From the NCBI GenBank assembly GCA_022705135.1, contig JAKJFA010000001.1, forward strand, positions 13,300-77,299: a DNA stretch of 64,000 nucleotides, written 5' to 3'. Made by a program: the position numbers and the translations under genes. Below, piece by piece: positions 1 to 11,014 of this stretch. A model generated the notes under the pieces. It was given only the letters and a program-made list of their open reading frames with translations, was not told the origin of the DNA and did no database searches. Source of the DNA: Pseudomonadota bacterium. Its GTDB lineage: Bacteria; Pseudomonadota; Gammaproteobacteria; Burkholderiales; Rhodocyclaceae. The stretch's first letter is position 1. Every line of letters starts with the position of its first letter.

Positions 1-1245
1 GACCGCATACTGCCGTATCTGCCGAACCAAGCCATCGTTGAGCATGTGCTCGGCGGCAAGCAGGAGAATGCCATCGCGGGCAACAAGGTCTCGGGCCAGC
101 ACCATCCCCGGCTTGAGGTCGAGTGCCGAAACGTGCACTTCCTTGGGGGCCGCTTCCTCGGCTGCAACCCCGATGAAGGCATTGACGACGTTTGGATCAT
201 AACGCTGCCCGCTCCCTTTGACGATGATCTCTTTTGCTTCGTCAGGCGAATAACGCCGCAAGGAAAACAACCCCAGTTGAAGCGCGTCAAAGTCGTTGGC
301 GACGGCCAATACCCTGGCGCCCAGCGGGATGTCCTCCCCGGCCAGTCCGTCAGGAAAGCCGGTGCCATCATACCTTTCGTGGTGTGCACGCAACATGCTT
401 GCCGCCACGCGTAAATCTTCAAGCGCCATCAGAATCTGTTCGCCCTTTTCCGGGTGTTTGCGGTATAGCGCCAGCTCCTTTTCGCGCAGTTGATTGGCCG
501 GTTTAACAAGCAGATCATCGGGGAATCCTATTTTTCCGATATCGTGGAGCAGCGCGGCAAGAAAAACGTCTTGCGAGACTTCCACCCCCATTTTTAAATT
601 GGACGCAATCTTGCGGGCAAGATCGGCCACGCGCCGCGAGTGCCCTGCCAAAGAAATTTCTCTAAGTTCAATCAGGTTGGAAAAAACCCGGATCGAGGTA
701 AAAAAGGTTTTTTTCAGTTTTTCGTGCGCCTGCTGCAATTCCAGGGTACGCTCCATCACCTTGGTTTCAAGGCTGGCATTAAGCTGCCGCAATTCCTCGT
801 TCTGTTCGGCCGTCAGCCGTTCCAGCCGCTCCTTCTCCCGCCTGAGCGCTTGTACTTGCAGGGCATCGCGTACGGTCAGCAGCAGATCGCCGTCATCCCA
901 AGGTTTTGGGACATACCGGAATATCTCACCCCGATTGATGGCATCGATCGTTGATGCCATGTCCGACTGCCCGGTCATCAGGATGCGCATGCGTTCGGGC
1001 CAACGCTGCCGCACCTCATGCAGGAATTCCGCGCCGTTCATTCCGGGCATGCGCATATCGGAAATCACGAGGTCCACCGCTTCCGCTTCGAGTATTTGCA
1101 GCGCCTCGGCACCGCCACCGGCCACCAGCACCTGGAATCCGGCCTGCCGGAAGAGGCGGCGTAGCGCGGCCAAAATGTTGGGCTCGTCGTCGACGCAGAG
1201 GATTTTCCAATCTTGCGCATCGGTGATGGGCAGCGTAGCGCTCAT
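1..1245 (-). CDS. Response regulator with HD-GYP-type phosphodiesterase output domain (RpfG-like); 3' end runs off the window
   Basis: Absent from the ORF track because no stop lies in the window. My minus-strand translation from ATG 1245 reads MSATLPITDAQDWKILCVDDEPNILAALRRLFRQAGFQVLVAGGG...DLVISDMRMPGMNG (REC), then LLHDIGKIGFP and HHERYDGTGFPDGL (HD and GYP-type motifs). GGAGA lies 7 nt upstream. The frame stays open to position 1. Confidence 0.85.
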   Translation of the reverse strand, partial: MSATLPITDAQDWKILCVDDEPNILAALRRLFRQAGFQVLVAGGGAEALQILEAEAVDLVISDMRMPGMNGAEFLHEVRQRWPERMRILMTGQSDMASTIDAINRGEIFRYVPKPWDDGDLLLTVRDALQVQALRREKERLERLTAEQNEELRQLNASLETKVMERTLELQQAHEKLKKTFFTSIRVFSNLIELREISLAGHSRRVADLARKIASNLKMGVEVSQDVFLAALLHDIGKIGFPDDLLVKPANQLREKELALYRKHPEKGEQILMALEDLRVAASMLRAHHERYDGTGFPDGLAGEDIPLGARVLAVANDFDALQLGLFSLRRYSPDEAKEIIVKGSGQRYDPNVVNAFIGVAAEEAAPKEVHVSALDLKPGMVLARDLVARDGILLLAAEHMLNDGLVRQIRQYAV

Positions 1246-1314
1246 CAATCAATCTCCGTGCCTGAGAACACCCGCTGCTCGAAAGCGCAGGTAAAAACGT
1301 AAGGCATGACAACT

Positions 1315-3144
1315 TCAGGGCCGATGATCCACCTCTTTTGTGTCCTTGGGTTGCGCCACCGGAAGCGTAATGCGGAAGATCGTACCTACTCCTGGCGTGC
1401 TGTCGAAGGAAATATTGCCTCCATGTTTCTGAATGATGCCGTATGACATGGAGAGTCCAAGACCGGTTCCTTTTCCCACGGGCTTGGTGGTAAAGAAGGG
1501 ATCGAATGCCTTTGATTTCACCTCTTCGCTCATGCCCTGACCATTATCCTCAAATTCCAGCCAAACTTGCTCCGCATCATTGGCTCCGGTACGAATAGCG
1601 ATGAGACCACGCTTATCACCAATAGCCTGCGCTGCATTCACCAAAAGATTCAGGAACACCTGATTCAATTGCATCGGGATACACTCGATCTTCGGCAGGT
1701 CTCCATACTCTCTGATGACATCTGCCTTGTATTTGATTTCGTTGGTAGCAATGTTGATTGCCGAATCGATGCATTGGTGCACATCGGCCATCTGCCACTC
1801 CTGGGCACTATCGGCCCGCGAAAAATCTTTCAGATCCTGGACAATCTTGCTGACGCGCGCGACCCCCTCGCGCGATTCACTGATTAATAAGGGAATGTCT
1901 TCGCGCAAGTAATTGATATCAATTTGCGCACACAGGTCTGCCAATTCGCCTGACTCACCCGCAGCGAGTACTGCCGCTGCATGGGATTCGTACGCAGCCA
2001 GCAAGCGGAAGAGTGAACCCAAATACTTGTCCAGCGTACCAAGATTCGATTGAACATAGCCAATCGGGTTGTTGATTTCGTGGGCAACTCCTGCGGCCAG
2101 TTGCCCGATGGAGGCGAGTTTTTCCGCCTGCATCAACTGATTCTGGGCTTGTGAAATTTTGGCGTTGAGCAGAAGTAATTCCACGTTACGGCGACGCAAT
2201 TCGAGTTCAGCCGCTTCGCGCCGGTTGATATCCTCTTGCAGACGGGCATTCGCCTCGGCCAGTTCCGCAGTGCGTTCGTCGACCAGTTTCTGAAGTTGCG
2301 TCTGATGCTCACGTAGGCTTTCCAATGCAATACGCTTGTCGGTCACATCCTGGATCTTTTCGACAGCGCCAAAAATATTACCTTCAGAATCGCGCAGCAC
2401 AGCAGCGGTAAAAAACAGCCAGCGCTGCTCATCGCGGGCAATGAGCGTAACCAAGCGCTCGCCCTCAAAAGCCTCGGGGTCAACCTCCGAGACCCTGATG
2501 GTTGCATCCGGGTAGTGCGCCGCCATCTCTTGCAGACTTGGCTGCCGCAACAGCATATCGGCCATCGTGTCGCGCGGCCCGGGGTAAAAGGCCTTCCATT
2601 GCGCATCCGTCCCAACCATCTCTTCAGGTGGAGAACGCGTCAATATAGCCATGGCCCGGTTCCAGTGCGTCACTCGGTGCTGAGCATCGACAACAAAAGT
2701 AGCCACCGGATCACGGTCGATAATTTCCGCCAACAACTGCCGCAGATTACGCTGCGCGATTTCGGCACGCTTGCGATCGGTCAGATCGACAAAGGAGCAA
2801 AAGATGGTCGGATATTCGCCGAGCATGATTTTCGATGCGGTGAGTTCGACCCAGCATTCCCGGCCATCACGCGTATTAAGCCGGAATTCATAGACCGGGA
2901 CAGGTTTTTCGTCCTGCATCCTGGCGTCACCGCGCCTGCGCAGGATGTCATGCCACTCCCCGTAGCCTATTTCGTAGTAGGGTGCAGAAAGCATTTCCTG
3001 TGGTGTGGCGAACCCGACCATTTTTTGGAATGCGGCATTGCCATAAATAATATTTCCGGCACGGTGCAGCATGATTGGGGTACTCACCGCGTCGAGCACT
3101 TTAAAGTAGTCAATGTCACTACTGACGTTACTGTCGACCTTCAT
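1315..3144 (-). CDS. Cytoplasmic PAS-domain sensor histidine kinase (PAS-PAS-HisKA-HATPase_c)
   Basis: 609-aa ORF. H-box LAAGVAHEINNPIGYV; ATPase boxes NLLVNAAQA, DNGQGM, GTGLGLS. AGGAGA SD lies 9 nt before ATG 3144. Confidence 0.9.
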   Translation of the reverse strand: MKVDSNVSSDIDYFKVLDAVSTPIMLHRAGNIIYGNAAFQKMVGFATPQEMLSAPYYEIGYGEWHDILRRRGDARMQDEKPVPVYEFRLNTRDGRECWVELTASKIMLGEYPTIFCSFVDLTDRKRAEIAQRNLRQLLAEIIDRDPVATFVVDAQHRVTHWNRAMAILTRSPPEEMVGTDAQWKAFYPGPRDTMADMLLRQPSLQEMAAHYPDATIRVSEVDPEAFEGERLVTLIARDEQRWLFFTAAVLRDSEGNIFGAVEKIQDVTDKRIALESLREHQTQLQKLVDERTAELAEANARLQEDINRREAAELELRRRNVELLLLNAKISQAQNQLMQAEKLASIGQLAAGVAHEINNPIGYVQSNLGTLDKYLGSLFRLLAAYESHAAAVLAAGESGELADLCAQIDINYLREDIPLLISESREGVARVSKIVQDLKDFSRADSAQEWQMADVHQCIDSAINIATNEIKYKADVIREYGDLPKIECIPMQLNQVFLNLLVNAAQAIGDKRGLIAIRTGANDAEQVWLEFEDNGQGMSEEVKSKAFDPFFTTKPVGKGTGLGLSMSYGIIQKHGGNISFDSTPGVGTIFRITLPVAQPKDTKEVDHRP

Positions 3145-3182
3145 TCAGAGATTTCTCCTGACAGAACCACCGGTGGTCGGCA

Positions 3183-4148
3183 TTAGGGAGCGGTGCGCAA
3201 CAACTCCGCAAGCACTCGGTTTTCAATCATCATTTTGCGCCGGACAAGCGCCTGTGCCAGACCGGACTTAAGCTGAGCGGTTTCTTTCAGCGGATCATGG
3301 AACACCCCGAAGATGTGCGCGTCGACAGCCGCAACCAACACCTCCATGCTGACATTGCCCATCAAAAAACGGGCGCAATCAGGCTCGATTTCACTGAATT
3401 TGTATAGCAATTCGACGCCATCCATTTTTGGCAAAGCGTAGGCGGTGAGAATGGCCGAAAAGGTCAGGTCGTTGGCAGTATTAAGGGCTTGTTCCGGTGT
3501 GGCCGCTGTAACAATGTTGATCTTGTCCTCATTTAGCGAATAGGGCACCTGTTCAAGTATTTCGCGATGGATCGCATGGTAGAGCTTATCCATCTTGCTG
3601 AAACTGGAAATCCGCTGTGCCAAATCCTCACGGACTGCGGCGTTGCCCTCCACGATCAAAATATGGTCGATTTTTCCAGACGACGGCAGCACCTCAATAT
3701 TGCGCTCGCGCACTCCCGCCGCCAACTGCTTGGCCTCGAGAACAACGCTGTTGTAGGCCAGCGCCTGCTCAATCGAACTCTTAAGAAAGTAATCGTGCCA
3801 GGGCTTGGGGATGAAGCGGAAAATGTGGGTCTGATTGACCATTTCGGTCAACGCATCCAGATCGGTCCAACCACTCAGGACGATGGTGGCGCAATCGGGC
3901 TGCACCTTGGCGAACTCCTTGAGGAAGGCCATACCATCCATACCAGGCATGCGGTAATCAGAAAGCACCAGATCAAACGCCTGCTCACTGGCACGCCGCA
4001 ATGCCAACTCGGGTTCGGTAAAACACTCCACTTCAAGATGGTAGCGGCCCGTTGGCGGCGTGAGCAGTTCCCTTCTGACAACGCTGACAATGTTCGGCTC
4101 GTCGTCCAAAACGAGGATGCGGCGTGTTGTTTTGGTCTTGCTATTCAT
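3183..4148 (-). CDS. Response regulator with REC domain followed by a REC-like pseudo-receiver domain
   Basis: Start moved to ATG 4148 (MNSKTKTTRRILVLDDEPN), which has AGGAGA upstream. First domain has DLVLSDYRMPGMDG. Second domain has the aligned segment SAILTAYALPKMDG, where the phospho-acceptor Asp is replaced by Ala and the acidic pair is replaced (LIVEGNAA). Confidence 0.8.
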   Translation of the reverse strand: MNSKTKTTRRILVLDDEPNIVSVVRRELLTPPTGRYHLEVECFTEPELALRRASEQAFDLVLSDYRMPGMDGMAFLKEFAKVQPDCATIVLSGWTDLDALTEMVNQTHIFRFIPKPWHDYFLKSSIEQALAYNSVVLEAKQLAAGVRERNIEVLPSSGKIDHILIVEGNAAVREDLAQRISSFSKMDKLYHAIHREILEQVPYSLNEDKINIVTAATPEQALNTANDLTFSAILTAYALPKMDGVELLYKFSEIEPDCARFLMGNVSMEVLVAAVDAHIFGVFHDPLKETAQLKSGLAQALVRRKMMIENRVLAELLRTAP

Positions 4149-4202
4149 GAATTCTCCTGTCCGACAATGTTCAAAGGGTAGACGGCACGCTCGGCCATCC
4201 AC

Positions 4203-7200
4203 TCAGGCTGTATTGCTTCTGGGTTTGATCACAGCATCGTAGTAGCGGAAGGCATCCCGGATTTGCTCGCGTAACTGCTCATCCGTCCAGGGTTTGGTCA
4301 GAAACTTGTAGAGCGCCCCTTCATTGATCGACTGGGTCACGCTTTCCAGGTCAGTGTAGCCGGAAAGCACGATACGCACAGTATTCGGATGCAGTTCCTT
4401 GACCCGCCGCAGGAATTCGGTACCGTTCATCTCCGGCATGCGCTGGTCGGACAGGATGACCTGAACAGAGTTTTGCGCCAGAACTTCCAGCCCACTACTT
4501 GCACTATCCGCGGTCAGGATGCGGTAGCCTTCCTGGTGGAGCATGCGCCGCAGCGCGGACAGGATATTGGCCTCGTCGTCGACAATGAGCAGGGTGCGGC
4601 GCCCGGCGTCATCCTGATCCCGGGCAGCGGCAATCGACTTTTCCTGCCGCAGCAGATCGGCGAACTGGTCCGCCGGGAGGGCTCTGCTGAAATTAAAGCC
4701 CTGCATATTGTCACACTGGTTCATCCGCAAATACCCCAGTTGCATGTCATTCTCAACCCCTTCGGCCACCACTTGCAGGTTCAGCCGATGCGCCAGACTG
4801 ATGATCGAGGTGGCAATAGTGGCTGAAGTCGGTTCAGTGGCAATGTCGCGCACGAACGATTGGTCGATTTTGAGCGCGTCGATCGGAAAGCGGCTGAGGT
4901 AGGCCAGACTGGAATAGCCTGACCCGAAATCATCGAGCGAGATCCCGACTCCGATGCGTTTGATCTCGCGGAGTTGGACGATGGACTCTTCCGGCCGCGC
5001 CATAAGCATGCTTTCAGTGAGTTCAAGCATCAGGTATTGCGGCAGAACTTCGTGGCGTGCGAGTGCGCGTGCCACTTCATCCGGCAAATTGCCGGATTGA
5101 AACTGGCGCGCCGAGACATTAACGCTGACCCGCAACGCCCTGAGCCCCTCATCACGCCAAACGCGCAATTGCCGGCAGGCGGCATCGATGACCCAGTTAC
5201 CGATGTCGATGATCAGATCCGATTTTTCCGCAAGCGGGATAAACTGCTGCGGCGGAACCAATCCTTGCTCATTGCGATCCCAGCGCAGCAAGGCCTCGGC
5301 GCCGTTGATTTTTCCGGTCTGCAAATCCACCTGGGGTTGGTAGTGCAGTACCAGCTCGTTACGATCCAACGCCCGGCGTAACAAGGCTTCCATTTCCAGA
5401 TCAGCAAGCGCCGCTGTGTTCATATCCTGCGTGTAGAAGCGAAAACGGTTACCGCCCGAACTTTTGGCCTGGAACACCGCAACGTCGGCATTACGCAGCA
5501 GATCGTCAGCGACGCCCCCATCGGACGGGCAAAGCGCGATGCCAATGCTGGCGCTCAGAAAAATCTCCTGGGACGTGTTCAGAGCAAACGGCTGGGACAA
5601 GGCTTCCAGGATGCGCTTCGCCAACACGGCAGCTTCCTGCGGCTCGGCAAGCAGTTCCTGCAAGATCACAAACTGGTCACCGCCAAAACGCGCAAAGGTT
5701 TCTTCACCGCGCAGGAGTGGCCGCAACCTGGAAACCACCTTCGAAAGCAATTCGTCCCCAACCGTAAATCCCAGGCTATCGTTGACCTGCTTGAAGTGGT
5801 CCAGATTAAACGCCAGTATTGCCAGTTGTTTCTGATACCTATCACAGTGCGCAATCGCCTGGGAAAGCCTGTCCGTCAGCAGGTTACGGTTGGGCAATCT
5901 CGTCAGGTCATCATAATTGGACTGACGCTCCAGTTGCGCCAAATAATGCTTACGTTCCCGGATGTCACGGACAACGCAGGAGACATACCATTCCCCCCCA
6001 TGCTGCAGCGGGGCAAATGACAATTCGACTGGGATTTCCCTGCCAAACTTGTTCAATGCAGAAAGTTCCAATAGTTTTTCGACGACCAAATTCTCTCCAT
6101 CGCTAGCGAGGCGTTTCACCACCCCCATCAACTCCTCGCGAGCAGATGAAGGAGAGATAAATGCAAACAGCGGCTGTCCGAGCGCTTCTTCCCGGCAGTA
6201 ACCGAACAGCTTCTCGGCGGCGCGGTTCCAGACAAGCACACCGCCATTCTCGGCTTCGATGAGAACAAAGGCATCCCGCATGCTCTCTATGGCGCCACGG
6301 AAGCGTTGCTCGCTGGCAATGAGTTCCTGTTCCATCAATTTGCGTTCGGTGATATCGAGGCAGTGCCCAATGTAGCCGATGAACTCGCCCTGACTGTCGT
6401 AACGGGGACACCCGTCGTCCTGAATCCAGCGATATTCTCCGTCGTGGCGGCGCAAGCGGTATTCGATGCTGAATTGTTCACGCTGATCGAAAGCCGCCAC
6501 ATAGGTGTCCAGACAGCGTTGATAATCGTCCGGGTGCACCCCTTCAGCCCAGCCGTTGCCGAGTTCCTGTTCCAGGCTGCGCCCAGTAAACTCCAGCCAA
6601 ATCCGGTTAAAGTAGTTGCACAACTTGTCGGTACCAGAGGCCCAGACCAGCGCCTGTCCGGTATCCGCCAGGGTGCGGTAGCGCTGCTCGCTTTCCTGTA
6701 TCCGCAATTCGGCCTCTTTGCGCTCGCTAATATCGGCGCAGACCCAAACGCTTCCCTCCAGTGGACGTTCCGGATCGACTGCGCGCCCAACCAACGCCGC
6801 CCAAAACTGGCTGCCATCCTTGCGCCTGAGCAACAGATCTTCCTTGAACACCCCATGCTCTTCCAGCGCCGCGTAGGCGCGTGCCCCAAATGCCAGGAAA
6901 TCTTCCTGGGAATCGAAAATCTTCTCAGTCGATTCGCCGGCCAGCTCATCGCGATCACAGCCGAAAAGTTCCACGAGTCGGCGGTTATAGGAAACGATGC
7001 GCCTTTGTTTCAAATGCACGATACCGACCTGGACATGATCCAGCACTGCCTGCTGCTCAATTTGCAGTTGGCGTATGCGCTCTTCTTGCAACTTGCGCTC
7101 GGTGATGTCCAACGTAACTCCGGCCAGCAACGGCGGCGCGGCTTGGCGCGGTATCGAAAATTTGTGTGTTTCGAAGTAACGCTTGCTGCCGTCGGACTGA

Positions 7201-7829
7201 GTCACCGCTTCTTCAACCCGGAGATACCCTTGGGCGAGCGCCTGCCGATCATCGCGCTCCATGTCCAAGCCCAGTTGCCCTGGAAACAGGTCTCTGGTGT
7301 GTTTGTCTTTCCAGTCGCTGGTCCCTATCATGGCTTCCAGCATCGGATTGACATAGAGCACCCGGCCATCGCTGTCTTTGATGTAGGTCAGCGCAGGAAT
7401 CACCTCCATGAAGCGCGCGAATTGACTCTCGGCGTCACGTTTCTGGCCACGCGCTTCTTTTTCCGCCAGAGCGCGCCGCACAGTTGCCGGCAAGCGTGCC
7501 AATCCCTCCTTGAGAACGTAGTCGGTCGCGCCTTGCCTCAACACCTCAACCGCCCAATCCTCACCCATGGCGCCAGTGACAAAAATATAGGGCAAGTCCG
7601 GCGAACGTTCGCGCACGATCGATAATGCTTGCAAGCCATCAAATCCCGGCAGTTTGTAGTCGGCCAGGATCAGATCCGGGCGAAATTCTTCCAGCGCCGC
7701 CATGAAGGCCTGCCTGGTTTCAACGCGCAGCGACGAAAAGACCATGCCCGCTTTGCGCAACAAACGCTCGCTGAGCTCGGCGTCCGTCGGGCTATCCTCC
7801 AGCAGCAGAATGCGCAACGGGTCGCTCAT
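4203..7829 (-). CDS. REC - multiple PAS - GGDEF(GGDQF) - EAL - REC signalling protein (c-di-GMP turnover)
   Basis: 1208-aa ORF. N-terminal REC ([13 protein letters not shown]...[13 protein letters not shown]). Several PAS units each ending in [14 protein letters not shown] in the GGDEF position. EAL motifs [32 protein letters not shown]-terminal REC ([11 protein letters not shown]...[12 protein letters not shown]). ATGA overlap with the upstream gene. Confidence 0.9.
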   Translation of the reverse strand: MSDPLRILLLEDSPTDAELSERLLRKAGMVFSSLRVETRQAFMAALEEFRPDLILADYKLPGFDGLQALSIVRERSPDLPYIFVTGAMGEDWAVEVLRQGATDYVLKEGLARLPATVRRALAEKEARGQKRDAESQFARFMEVIPALTYIKDSDGRVLYVNPMLEAMIGTSDWKDKHTRDLFPGQLGLDMERDDRQALAQGYLRVEEAVTQSDGSKRYFETHKFSIPRQAAPPLLAGVTLDITERKLQEERIRQLQIEQQAVLDHVQVGIVHLKQRRIVSYNRRLVELFGCDRDELAGESTEKIFDSQEDFLAFGARAYAALEEHGVFKEDLLLRRKDGSQFWAALVGRAVDPERPLEGSVWVCADISERKEAELRIQESEQRYRTLADTGQALVWASGTDKLCNYFNRIWLEFTGRSLEQELGNGWAEGVHPDDYQRCLDTYVAAFDQREQFSIEYRLRRHDGEYRWIQDDGCPRYDSQGEFIGYIGHCLDITERKLMEQELIASEQRFRGAIESMRDAFVLIEAENGGVLVWNRAAEKLFGYCREEALGQPLFAFISPSSAREELMGVVKRLASDGENLVVEKLLELSALNKFGREIPVELSFAPLQHGGEWYVSCVVRDIRERKHYLAQLERQSNYDDLTRLPNRNLLTDRLSQAIAHCDRYQKQLAILAFNLDHFKQVNDSLGFTVGDELLSKVVSRLRPLLRGEETFARFGGDQFVILQELLAEPQEAAVLAKRILEALSQPFALNTSQEIFLSASIGIALCPSDGGVADDLLRNADVAVFQAKSSGGNRFRFYTQDMNTAALADLEMEALLRRALDRNELVLHYQPQVDLQTGKINGAEALLRWDRNEQGLVPPQQFIPLAEKSDLIIDIGNWVIDAACRQLRVWRDEGLRALRVSVNVSARQFQSGNLPDEVARALARHEVLPQYLMLELTESMLMARPEESIVQLREIKRIGVGISLDDFGSGYSSLAYLSRFPIDALKIDQSFVRDIATEPTSATIATSIISLAHRLNLQVVAEGVENDMQLGYLRMNQCDNMQGFNFSRALPADQFADLLRQEKSIAAARDQDDAGRRTLLIVDDEANILSALRRMLHQEGYRILTADSASSGLEVLAQNSVQVILSDQRMPEMNGTEFLRRVKELHPNTVRIVLSGYTDLESVTQSINEGALYKFLTKPWTDEQLREQIRDAFRYYDAVIKPRSNTA

Positions 7830-8293
7830 TTGACAGATACGTCAGTGTGCTGTGAGGTGGGCACTGAATTGATCAGCAACCAGTAGAGTCCGAGTTTCCC
7901 CACCGTGTTGGAAAATTCATCAAAGGCCACCGGCTTTTGCACATAGCTGTTGGCGCCAAACTGGTAGCTTTCGACGACATCCCATTCTTCCTTGGAAGAG
8001 GTCATCACCACCACCGGCACGAGACGGGTCCGTTCATCTGCGCGCATCTGCTGCAGCACTTCCAACCCGCTCACCTTGGGCATGCTCAGGTCAAGCAACA
8101 CCAGGCGCGGGTTGCCGCAAGGCCGGTTGGCATAATCACCCCGGCAGAACAGATAATCGAGCACTGCCGCGCCGTCCTTGACCCACTCAATACGGTTGAA
8201 AAGCCGGCTTTTGCGCAAAGCACGCATCGTCAATTCGGCATCGGCAGAGTTATCCTCAGCCAGTAAAATATCGACGGCATTTTCGCTGCCCAT
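7826..8293 (-). CDS. Single-domain CheY-like response regulator
   Basis: 155 aa. [13 protein letters not shown]...[13 protein letters not shown]...VVVMTSS...KP. GGGGAG SD before ATG 8293. Confidence 0.9.
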   Translation of the reverse strand: MGSENAVDILLAEDNSADAELTMRALRKSRLFNRIEWVKDGAAVLDYLFCRGDYANRPCGNPRLVLLDLSMPKVSGLEVLQQMRADERTRLVPVVVMTSSKEEWDVVESYQFGANSYVQKPVAFDEFSNTVGKLGLYWLLINSVPTSQHTDVSVK

Positions 8294-8425
8294 AGCTCCC
8301 CTTTTTTATTAGCGCTGCAGATTTTGGGCAACACCAAAAACCGCGCGCGCCCTCTTTTTGATTACCCCCGGGAAACGCCATGCTATGCAGGGCGTCTCAA
8401 ACGGTCAACTGGCAATTCTAACGAG

Positions 8426-10786
8426 TCACCCATTGGTCTGCGTTTCGACGCCTGCCGCCGGTAGCGAAAAACCAAACATCGCGCCCGCGCCGGGCTGGCT
8501 TTCCGCCCAGACCCTCCCACCGTGTTTTGCAACGAAGCGTTTGACAATGGCCAGACCAACCCCCGTGCCTTCAAATTCGTCTGTGCCATGCAGGCGTTGA
8601 AAGAGGTTGAAAAGCTTATGCGCATAAGCCATATCAAATCCGGCGCCGTTGTCGCGCACGTAGAACCTGGCTTCCCCATTCTGGCACTCACCAACCACCT
8701 TGACCTGCGGCGTGGCACAACCGGAACTAAATTTGATGGCGTTGTCGAGCAGGTTCATCCATATCTGGCGCACGGCAACGGGATCGCCGCAGACAGGAGG
8801 CAGTTCCGCCACCTGAAAGTCAACCTGCCCCCTATGGCGCGGCTCCAGCACACGCCATACTTCCTGAACCAGCGCGTTCATGTCGAGCCTCTCCGCGTGC
8901 AGTTCGCTGGCGCCGGCACGGGAAAACGCCAGGACATCCTCGATCAGTTGTCCCATTCTGCGTGCGTTGTCACACACCACCTGCAACAGGCGCTTGCCCT
9001 CGCTATCCAGGCACGCGCCATAATCCTCGATCAGGATGTCGGCAAAGCCGCTAATGGCGCGTAGCGGCGCACGCAGATCGTGGGAAATGGAATAACTGAA
9101 ACTCTGCAGGTCGGCATTGGCGGCAAGCAGCTGGGCAGTACGCAGGGCAACACGCTGTTCGAGTTCGGCGTTGAGTTGCCGGACTTCCGCTTCGGCCCGC
9201 TTACGATCGGTAATATCCTCAATGGTGGCCACGAAGAAATCCGCGGCCCCATCAGCCTTGCGCACGCACCTGACGTCAATGGTGGCATAAACAAGGGCAC
9301 CATCCTTGCGCAAGAAACGTTTTTCCATCTGATAGCCCTCTAACTCGCCGCTCAGAATAGATTCGAACGCTTCTGCCTCCATATAGCGGTCCTCGGGATG
9401 CGTCAATTCCGCCCAGTTCGTTTGAGACAATTCCTGGCGTGAATAACCCAGAATATCGCACAGCCGGTCATTGAACCTCGTCCAGTCTCGAGTGTCGGGC
9501 GAAGTAACCGCCATGCCGATGAAAGGCAGGTTGAAGAAGTGGTGCAAAACACGGTCGGCCTCCGCCTGTTTGGCTTGCAAAGCCAGACGCTGCGTCAGCA
9601 ACACTTGGCGCCAGAACAAGAATATCGCAAGTGCAATGACGGCCACCGCCACAAAGGTCACCAGACCTACCCAGAGAATCAGCGTATGCAACGACGCCAG
9701 CACTTCGCTGCGATCCACCTTGGCGATCACGTGCCAAGGCGTGCCTGCCACCGGCTGCGTCGCGGCAAGTACCGGAATGCCGCGGTAGTCCACACCGTCC
9801 TCAATGAGGGTAGCTTGGTCGGCAGTAAAGGCAGCAACTGCCGGAACATTGTCGCGGTGAAGGGGAATACGTAACTCAAGTGCTGTTCCCTTGCGATGGC
9901 GTAGATCGTTAAGAAAGAGCACCTCGTCGCCGTCACGGCGCACAATCAGGGTTTCCGCGCTAAGGCTGGCGGATGGCCAGGTCTGGATAAGCGGAAAGAG
10001 AAATTCGTCGGCCCTGGCATCCAGTACCAAGGCTGCCTTTCCTTCGGGCAATGGCGCAACATAAGTCAAGAGAATACTGCCGCCGGGATCGCGGTGCAGG
10101 TCGCTCCGGCGTACCTGTCCGCTGGCAAGGGCAGCCGCCAGCAGTGATCGCAGCTCCCGACATGGTATGACATGTTCCGTGCTGGCAGCCAAAACTTCAC
10201 CATCGGCATTGACCAGAAAAGCCTTATCAAACCCAACATCCTTTTTAAACAGGGAAAGGCTCGTGGTCACCTTGCGGCGGGTATCCGCATCACCGTCCAT
10301 TGCCAACCGGTTGGCATGGCTCACAAAGTCCTTCAGCTTGGCGGCCATCTCGGCATCGGCCTGACGCTCGGCAAGCCAGGACTCGATCTGACTGACCTTG
10401 AGGCTGGCGACGGAACGTAGATCATCCATCGCGCGCTGCCGCATGTGCGGCGCGTGCAAAAACACAATCATCGCAGCGACAAGCGGCACGATCAGCGCCA
10501 GCCCAAAAAACACGCCTACCGGGGTACGCCCGCCACCAACGGGAACCTCGCTTCCGGCAAAAGCGCGCTCCCGGCGCAGCAGCAAGTTGAGAAACAGTGC
10601 GGAGACCGCAACAAATACGACCCCCTTGGCCATGCCAAACTTGAATAGGAATTCCGGGCCCGTGGGCAGCAAGGCCAACAGCCCCTCGAAGCCGAGAATC
10701 CATAAAGCCCCGAACAACATGTACAAACCAGCGACACGCGCCGCTCTATGTCTTGCTGCAAAGACTTCATCCGAACTGGTGCGCAT
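8426..10786 (-). CDS. Membrane sensor histidine kinase (TM - extracytoplasmic sensor - TM - PAS - HisKA - HATPase_c)
   Basis: 786 aa. Hydrophobic segments near residues 20-70, 90-110 and ~370-395. H-box SYSISHDLRAPLRAISGF. NLLDNAIKF, DNGAGFD, GTGVGLAIV. Confidence 0.9.
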   Translation of the reverse strand: MRTSSDEVFAARHRAARVAGLYMLFGALWILGFEGLLALLPTGPEFLFKFGMAKGVVFVAVSALFLNLLLRRERAFAGSEVPVGGGRTPVGVFFGLALIVPLVAAMIVFLHAPHMRQRAMDDLRSVASLKVSQIESWLAERQADAEMAAKLKDFVSHANRLAMDGDADTRRKVTTSLSLFKKDVGFDKAFLVNADGEVLAASTEHVIPCRELRSLLAAALASGQVRRSDLHRDPGGSILLTYVAPLPEGKAALVLDARADEFLFPLIQTWPSASLSAETLIVRRDGDEVLFLNDLRHRKGTALELRIPLHRDNVPAVAAFTADQATLIEDGVDYRGIPVLAATQPVAGTPWHVIAKVDRSEVLASLHTLILWVGLVTFVAVAVIALAIFLFWRQVLLTQRLALQAKQAEADRVLHHFFNLPFIGMAVTSPDTRDWTRFNDRLCDILGYSRQELSQTNWAELTHPEDRYMEAEAFESILSGELEGYQMEKRFLRKDGALVYATIDVRCVRKADGAADFFVATIEDITDRKRAEAEVRQLNAELEQRVALRTAQLLAANADLQSFSYSISHDLRAPLRAISGFADILIEDYGACLDSEGKRLLQVVCDNARRMGQLIEDVLAFSRAGASELHAERLDMNALVQEVWRVLEPRHRGQVDFQVAELPPVCGDPVAVRQIWMNLLDNAIKFSSGCATPQVKVVGECQNGEARFYVRDNGAGFDMAYAHKLFNLFQRLHGTDEFEGTGVGLAIVKRFVAKHGGRVWAESQPGAGAMFGFSLPAAGVETQTNG

Positions 10787-11014
10787 GCGCTCAATCCCAA
10801 TGGGTTCGTATGGGCATTGTAGCCATTGATGGCATTTTTGGCGTGCGCATGCTTCCGGCAGAATCAGTACCGTGGCGCCTCAGCAACGGAGCACGTCCCT
10901 GTCACGCTATTCGGTAGTAAACTCCGCAGCGTTTCGTCTTCTGCCGTCTTGCCCCAGCCAGAGATACCGCTCTGTCTTGTCGGCGTTTTTGCCAATCCTT
11001 CTCCGGATCGATTC

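Noticed and set aside
494-1294. 266-aa plus-strand ORF (MAGLTSRSSGNPIF...)
   Set aside because: Ser/Arg/Cys-rich low-complexity translation, antisense to a clean REC-HD-GYP reading frame on the minus strand. A typical high-GC shadow ORF.
6306-7625. 439-aa plus-strand ORF inside the PAS-GGDEF-EAL gene
   Set aside because: Antisense to a gene with unmistakable PAS/GGDEF/EAL motifs. No motifs of its own and no SD.
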